Part shown: piece by piece, positions 13,834 to 27,998 of the stretch
Layout: each line of letters opens with the position of its first letter
Numbering within the stretch: position 1 is the first letter of the stretch
Assembly: GCA_051294905.1 (NCBI GenBank)
Contig: CM119371.1
Coordinates: 4,838,001 to 4,902,000, forward strand
Origin: Botryllus schlosseri
Taxonomy: Eukaryota
DNA: 64,000 bases
Direction of reading: 5' to 3'
The notes under the pieces: generated by a model
What the model was told of the DNA's origin: nothing
Database searches by the model: none
The model's input: the letters and a program-made list of their open reading frames with translations, nothing else
Made by a program: the position numbers and the translations under genes

Positions 13834-15129
13834 TAAAGACCATTGTAGTCGACAAACACCATAATTACCCTTGAGTAGCTGCTTCGTATATGACGATACT
13901 GCAAGTCTTCTCGCTTCGACGAACTTACGCGTAATCTCCACTATCGCACGCTGCGCACACACATATATAATAACAAGTCGCTGAAATTTTACCTGGTTAT
14001 AGCAAGTAGTGGGCAATCTCGGCAGACTGATGCCGTTGGCCACATCATCATGCAAGACGTTAAACTGTCCGCGGCCGGACAAAATCCCGTCGTGGCCAGA
14101 TCCCGCGCGCGGGCCGTATGTTGCCCGCCCCTGGTCTACATATACCATGATAGCGAGAGACATGCTTTACCACGTTCAATGTTCAGCAGTCACTAGACGG
14201 AGTTAAACAGTGCCCGTCATCAAGTCACATTTTTGCCGACTGGTCGCGTGTGGGGCTGGGCATAATGATTCGAGTGCTCAAATCTGAATTGAGTACTAAT
14301 TCAACGAGTCGAGTAGTGAGTGAGTAGTCAATGATGGGCAATTTATCAACGAGAATTATGTTTCCGATACGAATTTCCAATGTGAAAGGCAGTAAACCTC
14401 GATCGGTCGTATACGAAACCTGTAATACAGAGCCACGCACGTTACGCATTTCTACAAAGTCATGAGCACACCAATATCGCAAAATGCAATGGTATTCGTA
14501 TGGGTATGGACGAAAAATACCACAAACTATTTAATGGGAGGCAAAACTGATGGATGTTGATTTATGCCACATAAAAGGTACATATTCGAACTTTTCACCA
14601 TCCATCACACTGCTGTGACGTCTACATGGGTTATACTCCAGTACTCGACTCGAAGTTTACAGAACCACGTTCCGACATTTACATATATTTTGCATACCGT
14701 CACATGTTACATCGTTTCCATCGCTTGTTCTTTCCATATTACCCTCAGCTACTTTTAACTCGCTGTACACTGCACAGTACATGTATTTATTAACATGTTC
14801 GGGACAAAGGTTTGATTTAAAGAATACATTATTTCATTTCGATGCCTTCCCAATTTTCAAGTCCATGACAACCATCTGGAGTTCCGAAATGATTAATCAA
14901 CAGAACTGAGCATTTCAATAGGGATGGAATTTGAGGTACTTGTTCAGATAAAATGTTTTTTCGAGAATGATGCAAGCACATTTAAGGATCCCAGCACAAA
15001 AAGCCGAATGACACTTTTGATATGCAGATCTTAGTAAATTAATTTTCGAACAACCAAATTTTAATTGTTCACACCAACATAATATGACGCTCTTCATAGT
15101 AATTATTTCCTACAAAAATCAGTTTTGTC

Positions 15130-15580
15130 ATCTGGATGCATATCAATATGTTTGAGGTCTGCTTTGCGAGTAAATGATTTTCTACAGAAGTCGCATTCAC
15201 GATTTGTGGTGCCAACATGCATATCCATTTGGCGCATGAGATCTCACTTACCAGTAAATGTCACATTTCAAAGTTTCGACACCAGCATGTATGTCCACAT
15301 GATAGTTGAAGCGACTAATCAAGGTGAATGCTTTTCCACATATATCACATTCACGATTTTCGATGTAAGCATGCAAATCCATGTGATGCTTGAGGCTATC
15401 CGTCAAAGGAAATGCTTTCTAACAGAATCACATTTTTGATTTCAGCATGCATATTCAACTTTCTCAATGAATGCTTTTCCACGACATACATCACATTCAT
15501 GATTTTTTATTCCAACATGCTTATCCATATGAAGATTGAGGTAACCTTTCTTGCGGAATGCTTTCCCACATAAATCACAT
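15130..15580 (-). pseudogene. Degenerate continuation of the zinc-finger array
   Basis: [33 protein letters not shown].., ECDICGKAFTLISRFNYHVD.. with indels and stops. Confidence 0.8.
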
Positions 15581-16621
15581 TCATGATTTTTTTATTCCGG
15601 CATGCATATACATATGACGCCTGAGGCCTAAGTTCTGAATGAATGCCTTACCACATACATCACATTCATGATTTTTTATTCCAGCGTGCATATCCATATG
15701 ACGTTTCAGGTCGCACTTCAGCAAAAATGTTTTCCCACATACATCACATTCTTGATTTTTGATTCCAGCATGCGTATCCATATGACGCTTGAGGCTAAAT
15801 TTCTCTATGAATGCTTTACCACATACAACACATCCATGATTTTTTATTCCAGCATGCATATCCATATGACGCTTGAGGTGATTGTTTTCGGTAAATGCTT
15901 TCCCACATACATCACAGTCATGATTTTTGATTCCATCATGCATATTCATATGACGCTTGAGGTGACTCTTCTTGGCAAATGCTTTCCCACATATGGCACA
16001 TGCATGATTTTTGGTTCCAGCATGCATATCCTTATGACACTTGAGGTCTCCCTTCCAGGTAAATGCTTTCCCACATATGGCACATGCATGATTCCTGATG
16101 CCAGCATGCATATCCACATGGCGCTTGAGGTTACCTTTATGAATGAAAGCTTTCCCACATACGTCACATTCATGATTCTTGATTCCATCATGCGTATCCA
16201 TATGAAGCTTGAGGCTAACTTTCCGAATGAATGCTTTCCCACATAAATCACATTCACGATTTTTTATTCCAGAATGCATATCCATATGAAGCTTGAGGTA
16301 ACCATTCCGAATGAATGCTTTCCCACATACATCACATTCATGATTTTTGATTCCAGCGTGCAGACCCATATGACGTTTGAGGCCGTGCTTCTGCAAAAAT
16401 TCTTTCCCACATACATAACATTCATGATTTTTGATTCCAGCATGGCTATCCTTATGACGCTTGAGGTCTCCCTTCCAGGTAAATGCTTTCCCACATATGG
16501 CACATGCATGATTTTTGATTCCAGCATGCATATTCATATGAAGCTCAAGGTGACTTTTCTGAATGAATGCTTTCCCACACACTTCACATACAAGATTTTT
16601 CATTCCAGCGTGCTTATCCAT
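15581..16621 (-). CDS. Tandem C2H2 zinc-finger array, 12 intact fingers; possibly a pseudogenised exon
   Basis: 12 x CxxCGK(A)Fx5LxxHxxxH with linker (A/D/S)GIKNH(E/A) on an 84-bp period. Degenerate fingers continue upstream (to ~16720, in-frame TGA) and downstream after a 1-nt frameshift in a T-run near 15590. Confidence 0.85.
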   Translation of the reverse strand: MDKHAGMKNLVCEVCGKAFIQKSHLELHMNMHAGIKNHACAICGKAFTWKGDLKRHKDSHAGIKNHECYVCGKEFLQKHGLKRHMGLHAGIKNHECDVCGKAFIRNGYLKLHMDMHSGIKNRECDLCGKAFIRKVSLKLHMDTHDGIKNHECDVCGKAFIHKGNLKRHVDMHAGIRNHACAICGKAFTWKGDLKCHKDMHAGTKNHACAICGKAFAKKSHLKRHMNMHDGIKNHDCDVCGKAFTENNHLKRHMDMHAGIKNHGCVVCGKAFIEKFSLKRHMDTHAGIKNQECDVCGKTFLLKCDLKRHMDMHAGIKNHECDVCGKAFIQNLGLRRHMYMHAGIKKS

Positions 16622-16729
16622 ATGGTGCTTGAGATTACTCTTTCAACTGAATGCTTTCCCACGCATATAATTTTTATTGCTAGCATCAGTAGCATAGATA
16701 TTCTTATGAAGCTTGAGAAAGTTTTAGTA

Positions 16730-17105
16730 AATATTTTCAAATTTTTCTGTCAACCCAATAAAATTGTTAGACTGTCACTAGAGAGGAATCAGATGATGCA
16801 CACCAAATTTGGCTCAATTCCGACCACTAGAAGCGAAGTTATTGCAGAATAAAAATTTGGATTTGATTAAAATAGTATTTACGGTGACTAACCGATAACC
16901 ATTTATTCATTTATTATAAAATCATGGAATTGAGCATTTTCCACTGCAATAACTTCGCTTCTAGTGGTTGGAATTGATCCAAATTTGATGTGCATCATCT
17001 CCACTGACAACTTGACAATTTTATGGGACTGACAGAAAAGTTTTGAATCTTTTATTTTCAATGATAAATTCGAAATTTATACTGCAGTAAAATCGCTTCT
17101 ACTGG
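16730..17105. repeat. MITE-like repeat with internal inverted repeat, abutting the 5' side of the ZF array
   Basis: CCACTAGAAGCGAAGTTATTGCAG (~16825) is inverted at ~16945; flanking 'gatgcaccaaattt' motifs are also inverted. Confidence 0.55.
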
Positions 17106-17629
17106 CTTTAAGGCTGTATCAGACGAAGCGATGTCGGCGGAGCGTTAGTGTTTGTTTTATCATCGCTGCCATCGGCCGAATCGCCGCCGATTTTATTTGA
17201 CAGTGTCAATTAACTCGGCGACATCGCCGGTGATGAGAGAAGTGGGAGATGCGCTCATGCGTATTAATATATAAACCCTAGTCGAGACTTGAATCGTATT
17301 ACTTCTGCTGAAGCCTTTTCGCAGACGGACCTGCTGGCGAGGCTTGTATGATAAAAATGGGGACTGACTTCCTTGAATTGTTAATTAGTGAAGTGGCGAA
17401 ACGTCCGTTTATATACGACGCGAGAAAACAGGATCGTTATAACCATAATCAAAAGCCAATACTACCATGGTTCCGAGAAGGTTTCATTCGACAAGACATC
17501 GCAGCATGAACACATTCAACAGGCATCATAATACGGTAGTGTACGTACTCTACAGCAGTGCTCTTCAACCTGGGTTTTCGTACACCCTAGGGCAGTGCTC
17601 TTCAACCGGGGTTTTCGTACGCCCTAGGG

Positions 17630-18335
17630 CAGGGCCGGCCAACCCGTGGCCCGCGAGAAGGTTTTGAGTGGCCCGCGCGGTAATTTCCGAAATTGGTAAT
17701 GTTATAAAAAATGAACTGCACAGATCGTGAACTTGCAAGGCCAACCAAAAATTTGATTAGTCTGGAAGCAACACTTGAGATGTTATGACTAAAATATCAG
17801 TTACGACGCATTGGCATTTCCATGAGCCAGTTACACTTTGGTAGATCATCGTACACTACAATAAAGCAGAATAATTTGCGATAAATTTATCAAAAGTAAA
17901 TATTTTCTACTCGCTTCGCGCAACATGTTGTCACTCGATTTCTTGCTTTTAATATTGTTGCCCCTTTGTGAAAATGAAAGAACGCCTAATGTATCAGATT
18001 GAGTCTAACTATATTCTCGATTACGAGACAAAGTGTCGTTCAGCATATGCGACTTTGCGTTTGCGCTCGCAGAAAGACCGTCGACTATGAAACCTAGGCA
18101 CAAAACGATTGACGCATGTTAGTCGAAGCTTTCGAAATTGATATGACCAGGTGCTGAATAGTCCAGTCCTGGCATACTGAGCCCAGCGATATACTGCAAG
18201 CCCGCAATATAGTCAAGTGACAATATTATTGAGCTATAAACTTCGAAAAATTTTCGCGCTTCGCGCGGCTAGTGGCCCGCGCAATATTTCGTCGATCGAA
18301 TGTGGCCCTTTGACTGAAAAGGTTGGCCAGCCCTG
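17630..18335. mobile_element. hAT (Charlie-like) MITE, copy 1
   Basis: CAGGGCCGGCCAACC...GGTTGGCCAGCCCTG with perfect 8-bp TSD CCCTAGGG; diverged second copy at 50421-51136. Confidence 0.9.
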
Positions 18336-21300
18336 CCCTAGGGTGTACCAGAATTTTCAAAGGGTGTACCACTCGGATGGGGTGTACAGGGGTGTACCAG
18401 ATCCGAATTACAATAAGCCGATGGCTAGCTATCACAAATGCAGGTATATGCGTCAGTACAGGGCAGTTTCTTTTTTACATGTCAAAATTTGTCAAAATTT
18501 TGTCAAAATTGTAGCGTTAGGTCAAAATTTGTCAAAATTGTTCATAAAGTCAACATTTTTTTGACGTCTTTATTTCGTTTGTATCGTAAATTTTGCACAG
18601 AAGATCCAAATCATCGCGGCTCATTTGGTAACTCGGTCAAAGATCCGTGATCACGTGCAGAGTTGGATATTACAACATTTTAATTCAATTACAAGTACAA
18701 TTACTTCCTTGCATGTTTTATTAAAATTACAATTACAATTACTCAATGCTGAAATATCAAATTACAATTGCAATTACAATTACTTTTAAACAGGTCATTG
18801 ATTCAATAAAGATCGAGGTGTTCTTTGACTACCGTAGCGACGTATAATTAGCAACAATCTCAAGCTATTCATGTTTAATTCCTGATATGTAGAATACCCT
18901 TTAACTAGAAAAAAATCGTATTCGTACGTATTCGAACTATTCCTAATCATGAGTACTGATAACTACAAGCACCGAAAAATGTTTCAAGCGAATGTTAAGA
19001 ACAAAACGTTTGAGCGACTAACAGCGAATAGGCTACAGGACAGTCAATGAAATGTAATCAAAGGATTAGGCTACTCAGAGCTGAGTGAGGATAATGAAAT
19101 GTAATTGGTAAGGCGTCAGCGATAAGGATGATTCCGATAAGGTGCGTAAAATTAAAATAACTGCAAAAGGAGAGAACCTCCTGATAACTAAGAATTACAA
19201 TAATTTGGTTCACATTTACATTTCCACTTGGTCGGAAATTGTTTAATTGCATTTGATGAACATTAGGGTGCGAAAAGTTTCTGGCTCCAGTAATTTTGGC
19301 CAAGATTAGGATAACATCTCTGCAAATGCGTGATCAAGTTTGATGAAGCCTAGGTTAAAACTTGAATTTTTTTTCTTATTGTTGCAACAAGCCTCGGTAC
19401 TGGTCAGAGATTTAAAAAAATCGACAATGGTGTAGGAAATGGTTCAGCACAGGTTTCAGAAGAGTTTATTTGCGGTTCATCCATTTTTGAAATATTAAGA
19501 TTTAGGTTAGCCACTGGTTCTCTAACTTTTTTAGACACGCCCCCTTTGTGATAGTGAATATTTCGTGCCCCCCCTGATCGTCATAGCACACAATGAAATC
19601 AGAAAGTTAGCAACACTTACATATAGTTTGAGGGTATGGGTGCATTGCATTCGTTGCCAAATCGATATATGCACCTTCAAACACTTCCACCAGAGAGCCG
19701 AACTCTCTCTGTTTCAAAGCGTGAGCGCACAAGTATAAAATTACGGTCACTTTCTCGTTACAGAGGACATTATCACTTTGAGCTCTCAGTGACATGAGGG
19801 GAAGTCTGGCGTTCGGGGTCATTTCTGAGCGAGCCAATCAGTCCTTCTCCTTTCCTTCCATGGCTGGAAATCAGCACCAATATAGTTACAGAAGTCAGCA
19901 TTGTCAAGTCGATGTTTTTCGCTAGTCCCCTGCCCATGTTTGCCCTGCAAGCATTTCCACTACAAATATGTCCACTCTTATGAAATGCAACCATATTGAG
20001 CTATGTAATGTAGCCCATGTGAAGTCGGTGGATTCGCCCAATGCTAGGCTCAAGTATTCGAAGCGGCTACACGTTTCGGAACATGCGATAAAAGAACGAC
20101 TGACATTGCTGTTACTCTTCTAGTCAAGGTTGATTCGAAATTTGCCTGGTGCTGTTTTCCTTTCGGAAGTATTCTCACAGTTTGTTAGAGTTTAATTGAA
20201 ATGCACCTTCTCAAGCAGATTTCTTGGGTTTAGCGATATTCCAAGCAGTTTTGAACTATGCGACTGTAACGTCGTCGGCAATATTAACGATCTCGAAATA
20301 TGGATTGCTGGGCTTGACATCTAGCTAGCAAAGTCTTTTCTAAGAATCAGGCGATATGTATGACTGCAAAAGAAACTGCCAAGGTAATTTTGAGCTTCTA
20401 CGCTTCATAACGACAACTGCTCTTCGACAAATATTACACATCGGCTTTCAAATTATATCGGAGAAAGCAAATTCATTGTTCAACGCAGAGTTACAGAACC
20501 AGTTTTTGACGTTTAATTTCCCGTTCCTTGTTCTTGTTTTTGTTTAAACCATTCGACGTGAGTGAAATACTCTTGAAAGCTGTACTACGCAGCCGGATTC
20601 CCTTGAACCACAGTCCAGCCGAATACCGAGTCAAAACAATAACAATCTAAACCCGAGCATATAAGTAGTAGGATGGGATGCGTTTGTTACCGCCCCTCAG
20701 GCTATTTAGAATGTAAACACTCTCATAATATAATTAACGTTGGACTGTGCCCGGTCCATGCTTCCGAGAGATAAATAACATTCATTATACGTTAGATGAT
20801 ACTTTTCCTTGATATTCTATTATGTGTATTTAGGACTAATGCGACAACGGTAGACTATCGCCGTGTGTATTTATGAGCATCTCTCGCCGCTACACTCTCG
20901 AAACTTTCCTCCGACAATTTTACGACTTATGATTACCGCGTCAAAACTTACATTGGCACTTTACTTAGTCTCCTTGAAATAGCATTGTATAGTGTACGAG
21001 TTCATTTTATTTCGAAAAAAGAGCATATCAATGATATCGTTGATCGTTATTGCGTCGATTCATTAGCTGAAATCCTCCAGATCGGTTGATGTTTCGAGGT
21101 ACACCGCTTTGCTGCCGTCCGACACTGCGATCCGAGTTCTTGCGTTCGATCTGACCGTTTTGTTTGATGTAGCGATCACTGGCTTGTAGTATATACGATA
21201 CGAGCGGAAGGTCGGGATTATGAACAACTACGCTAGGCGAATAGATGACGAATTCATCAGCTCGCAGTATAACCGCTACCTGTATAATGTTTGCATGTCG

Positions 21301-24129
21301 AGTATAAGGGTATTTAACTCGGCACTAAAATGCCAACGGAATAGCCGCAGGGAGTCGGTTCTCGTTGCTATAATTAAACGAACACCTTCGCCGCAGGTAC
21401 GCGATCACCGACGTTATAATGATAGGGACAAATTAGCCGCATGAAAGCGAGTCTAATGAATATAACGACAGACAACAAGTTAGTTGAAAAGTAAAACTAA
21501 TCGTGACCGATGCAAGACGGCGTGAAACAGCGCTTTCGCTCGATTCTTGTAGTGACCACAATTCATACGATTCAGTCCTTTTCATGTCACTAGAATAAGG
21601 GTGATTAAACCAACAGTGAAACGCCGCTTCACAATTGCAAGTTAGTGTAATGCAAATTTTACCCCTTCAAGGGTTATAAAAGTATGGACGGCAAAAGGTA
21701 TAATTTTGGATCGACATGGTGCCTTAGCTATCTATCAATAGGTATGTAATATTTGTTGAAATAGTTGCTATTGATCATAGACCAAGCTTGCTTTCAGAGC
21801 TGGAAACTAAACGCATATGAAAATTTACCTAGGTGTTCCCCACACGCATCAAATGTAGGCCTACTCAAGTGTTTATGAGGTGGCGAATAGTTCGACGGTT
21901 GTTGGCATGCAAGGACGTCACATAGAATTGTGGAGTTTTCTGTAAACTATAATCCAGTGATCTATTTTCAATCACTATATTTTTCATTAATCTAAACTAA
22001 GTACTGTTAGTAGGCAAACCCTAGGAAAGTATATCCTCTGATAAAAGCAGGAATAATTTGTTATCCGTGAAATAAATAGATGGTGCGACTCTAATGGACA
22101 TAAAGAAATGAACATTTTGTAAAGTAGATATTTTTCGGTATGCTAAATTCGGCTACGCGGTGCTAGACTTCTTGGCCGCATGAAATAGGATGTTTTAGCT
22201 TCAACCTCAACGCATTAGCACACCGAATTTAAATATAGGCGATAAATAATATACAGTAGCTCCAATTTTAATGAAAAAATAAAAATAAAAAAGCGTGAAA
22301 AATTGCATTTATCCTGGAACGCACCAAGAAAAACCGTATGAATTTGTAAAGTAGTTAGAAAACTACACTATTCCGCTACACTAAAGACTTAAACAATCCG
22401 GATTTTGTATGGTGTATACTAATTTTACATTGCGGAGTATTCAGTAAAGTTCAATCCAGTGAATTCGCGTAGGCTATGCATACAAATGAGGAAAGTTACA
22501 TCAGCGCGTGTTAACTAGTTGTATTATGTAGCTTGCAATTCATGCAAGTTTCGAAACTTCCACACTGAGTCTTTTAAAATAGATAGAAACGAAAAAAACT
22601 AATCGAAAAAATTTACGAAGTTTGGATGCGGCATATTTAGGTTTTCTAAAAATTATTCATACCCATGACTCGAAATATTGTTAACTAACTTATCATGTTC
22701 TGAAGTCTCATACATGCACCGACTCTGTGCATTCAATGTAGGGGTAGCTGACTTGGAGACAGAAAAACACACATATTTGACCGTAACATGGTCTTAGTAT
22801 GAACCGACATGCATTCGACTTGTGGAAAAATGTGTCGCAGCGTGTAGTGTACAAATTTCGATGTTGCGCAAATACCACAGACATAAGATAAGCGTGTAGT
22901 GTACAAATTTCGATGTTGCGCAAATACCACGATTTTACATCGAATTATTCGAATCGACTACGTACATTGTATAGGTGTGAGGTGAAATAAAACGGATTTA
23001 CGCAAAAGTTCGACACTAAAACGCATACGGTGTCTTATAAAGTAATAATGTAAGCTGCGATGGATGCTGCTATATAATGCTAGTAGCGAATATAGTAGAA
23101 AGTCCCCGTCCGGATGAATGTAAGCAGGTGCGCTTAGTAACGTAGTAAATCGCATAACAGAATTTACATAAATTGCTACTTCTACCTTAATTTAATGGAT
23201 TTATCTGAGATCATTGCTTTACTTAATCTCTCCAAAATGTGCATTATACAAGTACGTCACCATCGAAACCATCTACCTATAACTAGCTGGCAGTATAATT
23301 GTAGCAAATACTCGAGTACTAATTTTAAAGTAACTTAGATATCTAAATGAGCTCTGAGTCGTTGTTATCTCGCATCTTGTACTTGTATTCGCACTTTACC
23401 TTTACACGTCGTTTTTGTATAATGGATACTAATTTTATTAAAAATACACAAAAAGCGCGAAAAATACATTTTATCCCGGAACGGAGCAAGAAAATGCGTA
23501 TGAATTTTGTAAAGTAGATATTCTATTCTATTATGTGTATTTAGGGCTAATGCGACATCACTATGTTAGCGACAGGCCTGATTTGAACACACTAACTTTG
23601 CAAATTAAACTTATCACCCACCACGAACACTCAATGAAGAGCACCCTGGAGCACCCTCATAAATGCTCCACAATTCGTGACGTATAATATACTGAGCATA
23701 TAATAAGCTGACAAAACTGATACTTGAGTACTCCGAAATGCACAAGTACTTTACCTTTACACGGCGTTTTTTGTAAAATGAATACTAATGGTACGCGAAT
23801 GATCATAGACTAAGCTTGCTTTCAGAGTTGGAAACTAAATGCATACGAAAATTTAACTATGTTTTCCCCTCACGCATCAAATGTAGGCATACTCAAGTGT
23901 TTATGAGGCGGCGAACAGTTCGAAGGTTGTTGGTATGCAAGGACGTCACATAGAATTGTGGAGTTTTCTGTAAACTATAATCCAGTGATCTATTTTCAAT
24001 CACTATACTTTTATTAATCGAAACTAAGTACTGTTAGTAGGCAAACCCTAGAAAAGTATCCTCTGATAAAAGCAGGAGTAATTCGTTATCTGTGAAATAT
24101 ATAGATGGCGCGCAATATGAGCGGTGTTA

Positions 24130-25935
24130 CGAATATAACAGAATTACCATGCTAATATGTGACTCATCACCTTGAAACTAGGTACGTAGTTGTAGGACAT
24201 TGTGATTATGTAGAATACCAAATTTCCTCGTACATTTCATGATGGAACTTTAAAACTAACGCGACTCTACAACGACTCTTTGCGTACATCTGTTTTGCGG
24301 GAGCGTATATAGCACGTACCCATACATACCCAACTTTAATAACGGAATTACCATGCTTAACATTGAATCCAAACTCTAAACTTGATACGAACACACTAAT
24401 TTCGCAAATTAAACTTATCACCCACCACGAACACTCAATGAAGAGCACCCTGGAGCACCCTCGTAAATGCTCCACAATTCGTGACGTATAATATACTGAG
24501 CATATAATAAGCTGACAAAACTGATACTTGAGTACTCCGAAATGTACAAGTACTTTACCTTTACACGACGGTTTTTGTAAAATGAATACTAATGGTACGC
24601 GAATGATCATAGACTAAGCTTGCTTTCAGAGTTGGAAACTAAATGCATACGAAAATTTAACTATGTTTTCCCCTCACGCATCAAATTAGTTGTATCGAGT
24701 TATCGAATGATTTTTTTCTTTACATCAAAATAACTAGAGTGTGTAACTACATTAAAAACGTATCTAAATGAGCTCCAGGTCATTGTGATTATACAGCATA
24801 CTAAATTTCATCACACATTTCATGATGGAACAACTTTAAAACTAACGCAGCTCTATAGCAAGTTTTGCCTAAATCTGTTTTCGGTAGCATGTACATATCC
24901 ATAGTCAGCTTTAATAACAGAATTACCATGCTAATATGTGACTCCTCACCTTGAAACTTGGTACGTAGTTGTAGGACATTGTGATTATGCAGCATACCAA
25001 ATTTCTTCACGCATTTCATAATGGAACAACTTTAAAACTAACGCGGCTCTACATCGACTTTTTTCGAACATCTGTTTTGCGGGAGCGTATAGCACGTACC
25101 TATACATAGTCAACTTTAATAACGGAATTACCATGCTTAACATTGAATCCCAACTCTAAACTTTATTCGTAGTTGTAGGACATTGTGGCAATGCACCATG
25201 CTAAATTTCATCGCACATCTAATGATGGATCACCTTTAAAACTAACGCAGTCGAATACCGACTTTTAAGCATATCTGTTTTGCGTGAACATAGCATATAC
25301 CTATGCATAGTCAATTTTAATAGCAGAATTACCGTGTTAAACATTGAATTCCCACCTTGAAAGTTGGTACGCGATTATAGGACACTATAACAATGCACCA
25401 TACCAAATCCCATCACACATTTCATGATGGAACAACTTTAAAACTAACGCGGCTCTACATCGACTTTTTGCGTATATCTGTTTTGCGGGGGGCGTATAGC
25501 ACGTACTCATACATAGCTAACTTTAATAACGGAATTACCATGCTTAACATTGAATCCCAACTCTAAACTTGATACGTAGTTGTAGGACATTATGGCAATG
25601 AACCATGCTAGACTTCATCACACATCTAATGATGGAACACCTTTGAAACTATCGCAGTCGAATACCGACTTTTACACGTATCTGTTTTTCGTGAACATAG
25701 CATATACCCATACATACTCAATTTTAATAACAGAATTAGCATGCTAAACCTTAAATTCTCACCTTGAACGTTGATACCCAGTTGTAGGACATAATAACAA
25801 TGCACCATACCAAATTTCGTCAGGCATTTCATGATGTAACACTTTCAAAACCAACGCAGTTCTATACAGGCTTTTGGCTAAATCTGTTTTTCCGTAGCGT
25901 AGCACGTACCTATACATAGTCAACTTTAATATCAA
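24130..25935. repeat. ~203-bp tandem repeat with ~407-bp dimeric higher order (left arm)
   Basis: 'atgatggaac..tttaaaactaacgc' recurs at ~24240, 24822, 25018, 25222, 25424, 25629, 25830; subtype motifs recur at ~407-bp spacing. Confidence 0.85.
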
Positions 25936-27955
25936 TACATGTTTATCGTAAGTCCTACACAGTCATGATATCCGGCCGAGTTTGACTTTTAGAAAACATT
26001 ATACCGACATCGCGACATCTTACAAAATTGAAACCGCGGTGACTGCTTGAGAGACCTACCAGTGATATCGCGGTAATCTAGTTACTTCCACAAAATAGTA
26101 TGTATTCAACTTACTTTCCACAAATCTAACGCGCAAAACAATTTACTTTGCTAACGAAAAGTGCTGAGTCATCATATCATTATCCACGCAACAATACACC
26201 TAAAACATACTATCGTACAAAATGGTCGCTAACCTCTTTGTGCACCAGCTGTAAATCTCACAAGCAACAAGTTTCAAGATTCCAGTTATTGCGCCAAGTC
26301 GTTATGTTGACGAAAGCGTATATTGTAATATCATGATCGATTTGCATTCGTTGGTCACAAACTGTCACTACTCTAAATAATTATTTTTCACTCAAACACA
26401 ACAGCATACTTGTCGCCATTCGTTTTCATCAAGCACGAGTTCAATAAACTTACTTACTACGACATGAATTGGTATTTTTATGTTGTGTAAATAGGTAATA
26501 ATTAATTTTAGTAACACTATACCAACATCATCGAGTTGTGCGAATAGATTTACATGTGGTGTTATGGTTTTAATCGAAGTACACTGCACGATCTAATGTA
26601 GAGTCATCTCTATTGTATAGCAACTCGGTAATCGAAATGCATGCATTAACATTTAAACAGCGATCGTGTTTCGTCACGCGAAAAATATAATGCGATACTC
26701 TGCACAGGGCATGCAAATCCTTTTCACACTCGTAATAGTATACCAACGGCTACCGGCGACAACGTTTAACAATACCAACGACACTAAACATACGATACGT
26801 ACCCAATCTGCAAATTCTTTCGATTTATTCTGTCCGTTTCAATTTAAGATAAGGAAGCCCATTTCACTCAATGTATCGATGCCTACGGTACTCTACAAAT
26901 TTTTCTGATTAATTCTCCCTATGCTTATTTATCACAAGAAAGATGATTTGACACCTAAAGTACGAAATACTTTTTCGCTTGAACTAAGCCGCAGCGCCTG
27001 GAGTGGAATTTTACGGGGTATGTGGACTCATTTCGTAGGGCTCTATACCATAGGAGCATACTTTACGCTCCAATTCGATTCCCACACATTCCATATAATT
27101 ACTAACAGAACCATTGAGTACCAGCCTTGACATTTTCCGTAGTACTAGATGGCATGTATACAATTTCACGACATCCGACATTACGACGAAGACTATCAAA
27201 ATATCGAAAGAAGCCCTCTATTCTTTTCTGAAATAATCAAGGTTTTATCAGGACTTCCCTTCATATAAACTCCAGCAGAATCACTAATAACCTCTCAAGT
27301 GTACTCAATTTACTCTAATTTGATACTCGTGTACCAAATCCCTATTTTCCGCAAGTATGATAGAGGCTATCGCTCGATACTCAACGATTCGTAATTTTGC
27401 TGGAATACAAGTACAATTAGTTTAAAGTAGTTTGAGGTTACGTTTGTATCACCTTGACAAGTGCTATTATCAAAAAATGCTTTTGCTAAACTCTTACACT
27501 TTCACTAAACTTCTACACTGAATCTTGTAAAGTAGATAGAAAAGAAAAACTATTAACATAAGGTAAGTGAGAAGCACGCAAATTTCGATTGCATACAAAT
27601 GTCACAAACTGCGCTAACTTCCAGAGTTGTTAAGTATAGAAGTACTCGTACGTCTTGAGTATACCCAAGTAGGTTTTTTGCCTACATGTACCAAATACTC
27701 TCAAGTCCTTATGATATTGGAGTACATCAACTTCATGATAGCTACAGTATTAAACAGAAATAGACCTAGAGTACTAACGTTTTTGTGCAGTGAGAGTTCG
27801 CAAATTATCGAAGTATTTTTGTTATTTTTATTGCGATAAGTCATTCTGCAGCGCAAAAATGCGTCGTAGGATATAGATGAAACTAGCACCTCTCATCAAG
27901 ACCGCTGATAACAGTACATTTCAACATAAAAAGCATAAAAAACATTCCCGCGCGC

Positions 27956-27998
27956 GTCTTAGTATTAGGTGGTAGGGTAGGAAGTGTTAGGTTTAGGA
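27956..27998 (+). other. 43-bp asymmetric G-rich spacer at the palindrome centre
   Basis: GTCTTAGTATTAGGTGGTAGGGTAGGAAGTGTTAGGTTTAGGA: one C, six G-runs, three TTAGG; clamped by CCCGCGCGC/GCGCGCGGG. Confidence 0.9.

Noticed and set aside
15668..16852. 192-aa + strand ORFs and alternative-frame ORFs over the ZF array
   Set aside because: Shadow frames of the 84-bp zinc-finger repeat.
24206..25832. ORFs of 68-134 aa in the arm repeats (and their mirrors)
   Set aside because: Translations of the ~203-bp repeat in shifting frames; no consistent reading frame across monomers.
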